From the NCBI GenBank assembly GCA_951406725.2, contig OX597838.1, positions 5,580,001-5,644,000 of the forward strand: DNA of 64,000 nt, written 5' to 3'. The position numbers were made by a program, and so were the translations under genes. How positions within the stretch are numbered: position 1 is the first letter of the stretch; every line of letters starts with the position of its first letter. Source of the DNA: Octopus vulgaris. Lineage: Eukaryota. The notes under the pieces are model-generated. The model searched no databases. It saw only the letters and a program-made list of their open reading frames with translations, and was not told the DNA's origin. Shown piece by piece: positions 58,490-64,000 of the stretch.

Positions 58490-58898
58490 TAGATGCAGAC
58501 ATGTCTGTATGATTGAAAAGAACACTTTCCAATATCGTGGGTTCCGGTTCAATCACACTGTTTTCCAAAATAGGCAAATCTTTTCTAGTATAGCACCCTG
58601 CCGACTGATGTCTTTTGATTTGATTCACGAGAGGGCGAAACTGTGCGGAAGCCAGCGGCTTTCATATTTTTATGTGTGTGTGTGTGTGTGTGTATTTATG
58701 TTCGGGTTGATGTCCTATCAAAGTTACAACCGGCGTCGGTTTGATTACGTGTCCGGTTCCACAGAAAGAGAAATCGCAAAAATAGTTACTGGTCTTGAAA
58801 AAAGGAAAGTATTGCGTTCAATTTCTTTGTCTAAATCTTAGAAAGTTGCGCTGCACCATGGCCGCAGTCTAATTTCTGGAACAAGTCAAGGATGAAAG
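58490..58898 (+). mobile_element. Old diverged family A-like SINE (other diverged pieces at ~1655-1785, 18655-18880, 53755-53900, 57900-58060, 59646-59797)
   Basis: Co-linear degenerate head, internal microsatellite and CCATGGCCGCAGTC tail. Confidence 0.6.
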
Positions 58899-59293
58899 TT
58901 TCATCTTATTATTCTTTTCCAACAAGAATATTCTGGCCGTTTCTAACTGAGAGCCTTTCACTTTTGTCATTTTCCTTTTTCTATATTTTATATATATTTT
59001 GCTTCCTATATTTCCCAAACGAGTAAAATGTACCCACATATTGAATATATTAAATAACTTAATTTATATCCCCATCTATTCTACAAGGTACTATTGAAAT
59101 ATTCGTAAGAAATAGATTTTTTCGGAATCGATCGGTTAGCTCTCGTCACAGGGGAACATCGACATTAAGGATAAGTTTATAGACAATGCAAGAGAATAAT
59201 TATCATGGACTGTTAATTGAAAAGATTTATCGTATAAAAGGAAGGGCTGGCGAAAGCTATTGAGCAGGATAACGTAAAAACATAAGAACGTAA

Positions 59294-59350
<57 letters not shown>

Positions 59351-59448
59351 TTTCTTCTTATATTCTTACAGATAGAGAGATAGATAAATAGATAGATAGA
59401 CAGACTGATAAATATATACAGATATATCGATAGATAGGTAGATAGATT

Positions 59449-59453
<5 letters not shown>

Positions 59454-59540
<87 letters not shown>
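59454..59540. repeat. (GATA)n array
   Basis: Directly visible. Confidence 0.95.
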
Positions 59541-59541
<1 letters not shown>

Positions 59542-60441
59542 GCAGACAGATAGACATATATAACTAGATAGATAGATAGATACATACATATATGCATACA
59601 TACATATCTGCATACTTACATACAAACATACATACATACATACACAGAGCTGTTCCGTTTCCCTCAGCCGCACCCAATGAAAATGTTTTGGCTGGCGCCG
59701 GCCTGTCGTGATATACATTTGTCAGAAATACCAAGTTGTGTGCCTGAACTGGAAGCCACGTGGCAATGTAGCAAGCTTCTTACTACACAGCCAGGCCATC
59801 GCTTACACATGCATCCATTAATAATTTTGTCGTCGTTGTAGATGCTGTTGAATTTGTTGGTGTTGTTAACGTTGATGTCGCAGTTATTTCTAATGCTTAT
59901 ATTGTTGATGCTGCTGCTGCTGTTGTTGTTGTGTGGGCCTGGGCTGGTCCTGATTGACGAGACACATAAGCTAATGCTGCAAATAAAATTATTCCCCCTG
60001 CTTTTCATTTGGCCCGCAGGAAGTCATTGATTATGTAAATCATTCTTTCCGTTGTAGCTAAAAGTAATACCGTGATTCTATGTTTAGAATACCCCGAATG
60101 GGACCACTCCATCTTATTTGTATCTATTAAGGGAAACGTATCTCAGGTTATGTAGCTTCTCCCACGTATGTTTTGCCTGATATATGTTGTCACAAATGCT
60201 TTTCTAAATACAGCGATAGAGTGAAACGTCGCTGTAGATGCTGGTGTTAAAAATGAGAATCAAAAATATAAAGTAATTCTTTCTTCATACATAAAGAGGG
60301 AGAAACAGAGAAACTGAGTGAGGGAGAGAGAAAGGAAGAATGTTCACTACTCATAGGTTTCCCAAGCAATCGTAACTGCAAGAACTAACTAGGCTTAATT
60401 CGGTGATTTCAACGTGATATGGCCAGCATGTATAATACAAT

Positions 60442-60504
<63 letters not shown>

Positions 60505-61230
60505 ATATGTGTATATATATGTATATATATATATTTAATTTAAATATTTTAATTGAATTTTTATATTTTATATTTTATATTTTTTATATATTTTTTAATT
60601 AATTTTATTTCTATGTATTGGCTTATGATTTTCACTGTTTGATTTGCCTAGTAGTGGTTTTATCTATAATTTAATATAATATATATATATGTATAGTCAC
60701 TAACTTGTGAGTGCCGTTAGAATGAGTCGATATCGATTGCAAATTTACGAGTGGAGAAACCCAAGCTGTCCAGTGCACACCTTTAGACCCCAATTCCCGA
60801 TCGCTTAAGGCTAATTTTATCTACCTAGGCTTAAGGCAAATCACCTCGCAGACAGTTAACCGAATGGAAAGCCCACAACTTTCTGGTTATTGCAGCCATC
60901 TAAGCAAACTTCCAAGCCTGAGATGTTGGACTGTATTGCGTGGAATGGCGCACACAATAAAAATTAAGAAGAGCAAGCAAGAAACACATCCGTTTTGCGC
61001 CAAGGATCGGTTCCCATAACCAGATCCGGGCATGCTTATTCCTTCTGATCTTGGGACACGAAAAAATATATCATCAGCCACGTAATGGCGGATGTACTAT
61101 TCTTTTCCTTCTCTTAGGTCATTTTCCTCTTTCCTCTTTCTGACGAAGATCCATGCCCGAAATTTCACTACAAGTGGCCTAGCATGTGTAAAACGTCAAT
61201 AGACAACATATTCTCAATATATAATAGTGT

Positions 61231-61389
61231 AACTGCCTTCAATAATCAGTCTTACACGCTAGAAGAAGTAGTCAAAACGACCAAAACCACGTTTAAGAGC
61301 ATTCTTCAAAAGGCAGGTAAAAATTAGTTGTGGTTTTGCTCGTTTTGACTACTTTTGCTAGCATGTAAAACTACTTGTTGAAGGCAGTT
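61231..61389. repeat. 60-bp inverted repeat (8 mismatches), 39-nt spacer
   Basis: 61231-61290 versus the reverse complement of 61330-61389. Confidence 0.8.
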
Positions 61390-61623
61390 TCTCTTGTGTT
61401 GGGCTGATATTAGCATCTCACTGTTAATAGTTAGGACTTTTCAGCTTCTATTAAAATATTGCGAAGAATATGCTTTAAGGCACTGAGAATGATATTCACA
61501 ACACAAATGTTCATCCATGCCTCTCAAACTCTCCTTATCACTCTATCACTCATTACTTTTTCACGCCATCTCTGTTAAGACGCATATTACATACGCATGC
61601 ACACGCATATACATACATACAGA

Positions 61624-61681
<58 letters not shown>

Positions 61682-61828
61682 GAAAGAGTATGGATAGAAA
61701 TAAATACTTGCACAGCTAATTACATGGAAATATATATATATATATATATAATATACGTGCGTGTGTGTGTATACATATATACACACATATATAGGTATAT
61801 ATATATATATATAGTTATATATATATGG

Positions 61829-61871
<43 letters not shown>

Positions 61872-61984
61872 CATAAACGCACGCACACAGACACACACAT
61901 ATAAAGGTATTTGTGTTTATATATATGTATATATATATATATACATATATATATAATATATATATAGATATATGTGTTTATGTA

Positions 61985-62044
<60 letters not shown>

Positions 62045-62072
62045 TATATGTGTTTATGTATATATGTATATA

Positions 62073-62110
<38 letters not shown>

Positions 62111-62668
62111 CACTTACACGAATTTACGCCTCTTTACTATATACAGTCATGCACATCCATTTCCTTCCAGCTCCTTGTCTATCATTGTTCGTGTGTTAAT
62201 TAATTACCAACGTATAATTTCTCCTTCTAACTATCACCGATGCCGTCGCCACCAAATTAGTCACTTGTTGGTAGTCCTATTATCTTATTGTTTCCATTAT
62301 TAGTGATGGTGTCGATGCAGATTTTGCTTTGTATATGCCATTTTGTTCTCTTATTATTCGCTATTTTTTTTTTTTGTTTAATGCTCTGGTATATATATGT
62401 TTTCCTTGTTTTTTTTTATATATATTAATCAACCTCGTTTTGTTTAATTTTGTATTATTTGTAGATATGCTGTACGTTTTTGTTTTGTCTTGCTTTTTTT
62501 GTCCTTTTTCGGGTGGCTGATAGATGTTGTAAGCGTATGCGCACGCGCATGTGTATTTGATTGCCTGCATGTCTATATGTTCGTATATTTTCATTATTTT
62601 CCAATGTTATAACGTAATTAGCTAACGTAATATATGAGAAGAAACTAACCTACTACTACTACTACTAC

Positions 62669-62734
<66 letters not shown>

Positions 62735-62799
62735 ATAATAATAATAATAATAATGATAATAATAATAACAACAACAACAACAACAACAACAATAACAAC

Positions 62800-63318
<519 letters not shown>

Positions 63319-63424
63319 TGTAATAAAATGCTCTGATACAGCAATAGAATTGTAAAGAAGGAGAATGGAAAATTAAAAACAAGACAATCCCTTAAAATTT
63401 GATATTTTAAGAATTTGAAGCATC

Positions 63425-63700
63425 AAATTTGTAAAGTTTGTGTTCGTAATAATTGGCGCATTTAGAACTGCGAGCCAAGATATAGACAAAGAAGTAAAGC
63501 AGATTGGAATAAAATGCCACGCAAAGCTTCTACAGAAAGCTTGCCGCTTAGGGATAAGGATAGGCCACCGTCAGGGTTTTAAGTACTTCAAAGACTATTG
63601 AAGGTTTGTGAATACCTAAGCTTACATGTAGTAACACGCTACGCAAATAAATTCTACTACAACTAAGAATGAACCTGAGTCAAGCCCGTCAATAAGTCCA
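63425..63700 (+). mobile_element. RLE-type non-LTR 3' fragment, further family
   Basis: VKFVFVIIGAFRTASQDIDKEVKQIGIKCHAKLLQKACRLG, resembling VPVIIGALG...LLQKACLLG. Confidence 0.65.
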
Positions 63701-63749
63701 TCAATCAATTATTTAAATAAAATAGATAATATATGTATATATATATGAG

Positions 63750-63965
63750 TGTGTGTGTGTCTGTATTTGTCCCCCTAGCATTGCTTGACAACCGATGCTG
63801 GTGTTCTTATGTCCCCGTTACATAGCGGTTCGGCAAAAGAGACCGATAGAATAAGTACTGGGCTTACAAAAGAATGAGTCCTGGGATCGAGTTGCTCGAT
63901 TAAAGGCGGTGCTCCAGCATGGCCGCACTCAAATGACTGAAACAAGTAAAAGAGGAAAGAGTAAA
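63750..63965 (+). mobile_element. SINE family A, 3' half
   Basis: Matches ~38255-38457. Confidence 0.9.
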
Positions 63966-64000
63966 TGAATAATAACAACATCAATAATAATAATATTAAT

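Noticed and set aside
59940-60060. Cluster of TAAT/TGATTGA/ATGTAAAT motifs as an enhancer
   Set aside because: Short motifs are expected by chance in AT-rich DNA; no conservation data available.

Overview
AT-rich, microsatellite-saturated animal genomic DNA whose SINE and microsatellite repertoire looks like a coleoid cephalopod (octopus-like; inference). Almost all ORFs in the supplied track are translations of (TA)n, (CA)n, (AAT)n, (CAT)n or (TTC)n arrays. Reading splice signals on the minus strand gives a chain of 8 short phase-compatible exons (46659 to 11692, 20-99 nt each, plus a possible stop exon at 8424). They splice into a ~155-162 aa protein with motif-by-motif resemblance to the CG-1 DNA-binding domain of CAMTA transcription factors, possibly a stand-alone CG-1 protein. 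The rest is mobile DNA: at least four tRNA-derived SINE families (some with clear TSDs), a CR1/L2-type LINE 3' end sharing its tail with one SINE, a pogo element with TIRs, Tc1/mariner/maT relics, R4/Dong-like fragments in (AAT)n, Penelope-like RT relics, and (TA)n-embedded fold-back elements carrying hammerhead ribozyme motifs, one family with an apparent G3:C8 core swap. All alignments were made by eye; no database search was run.
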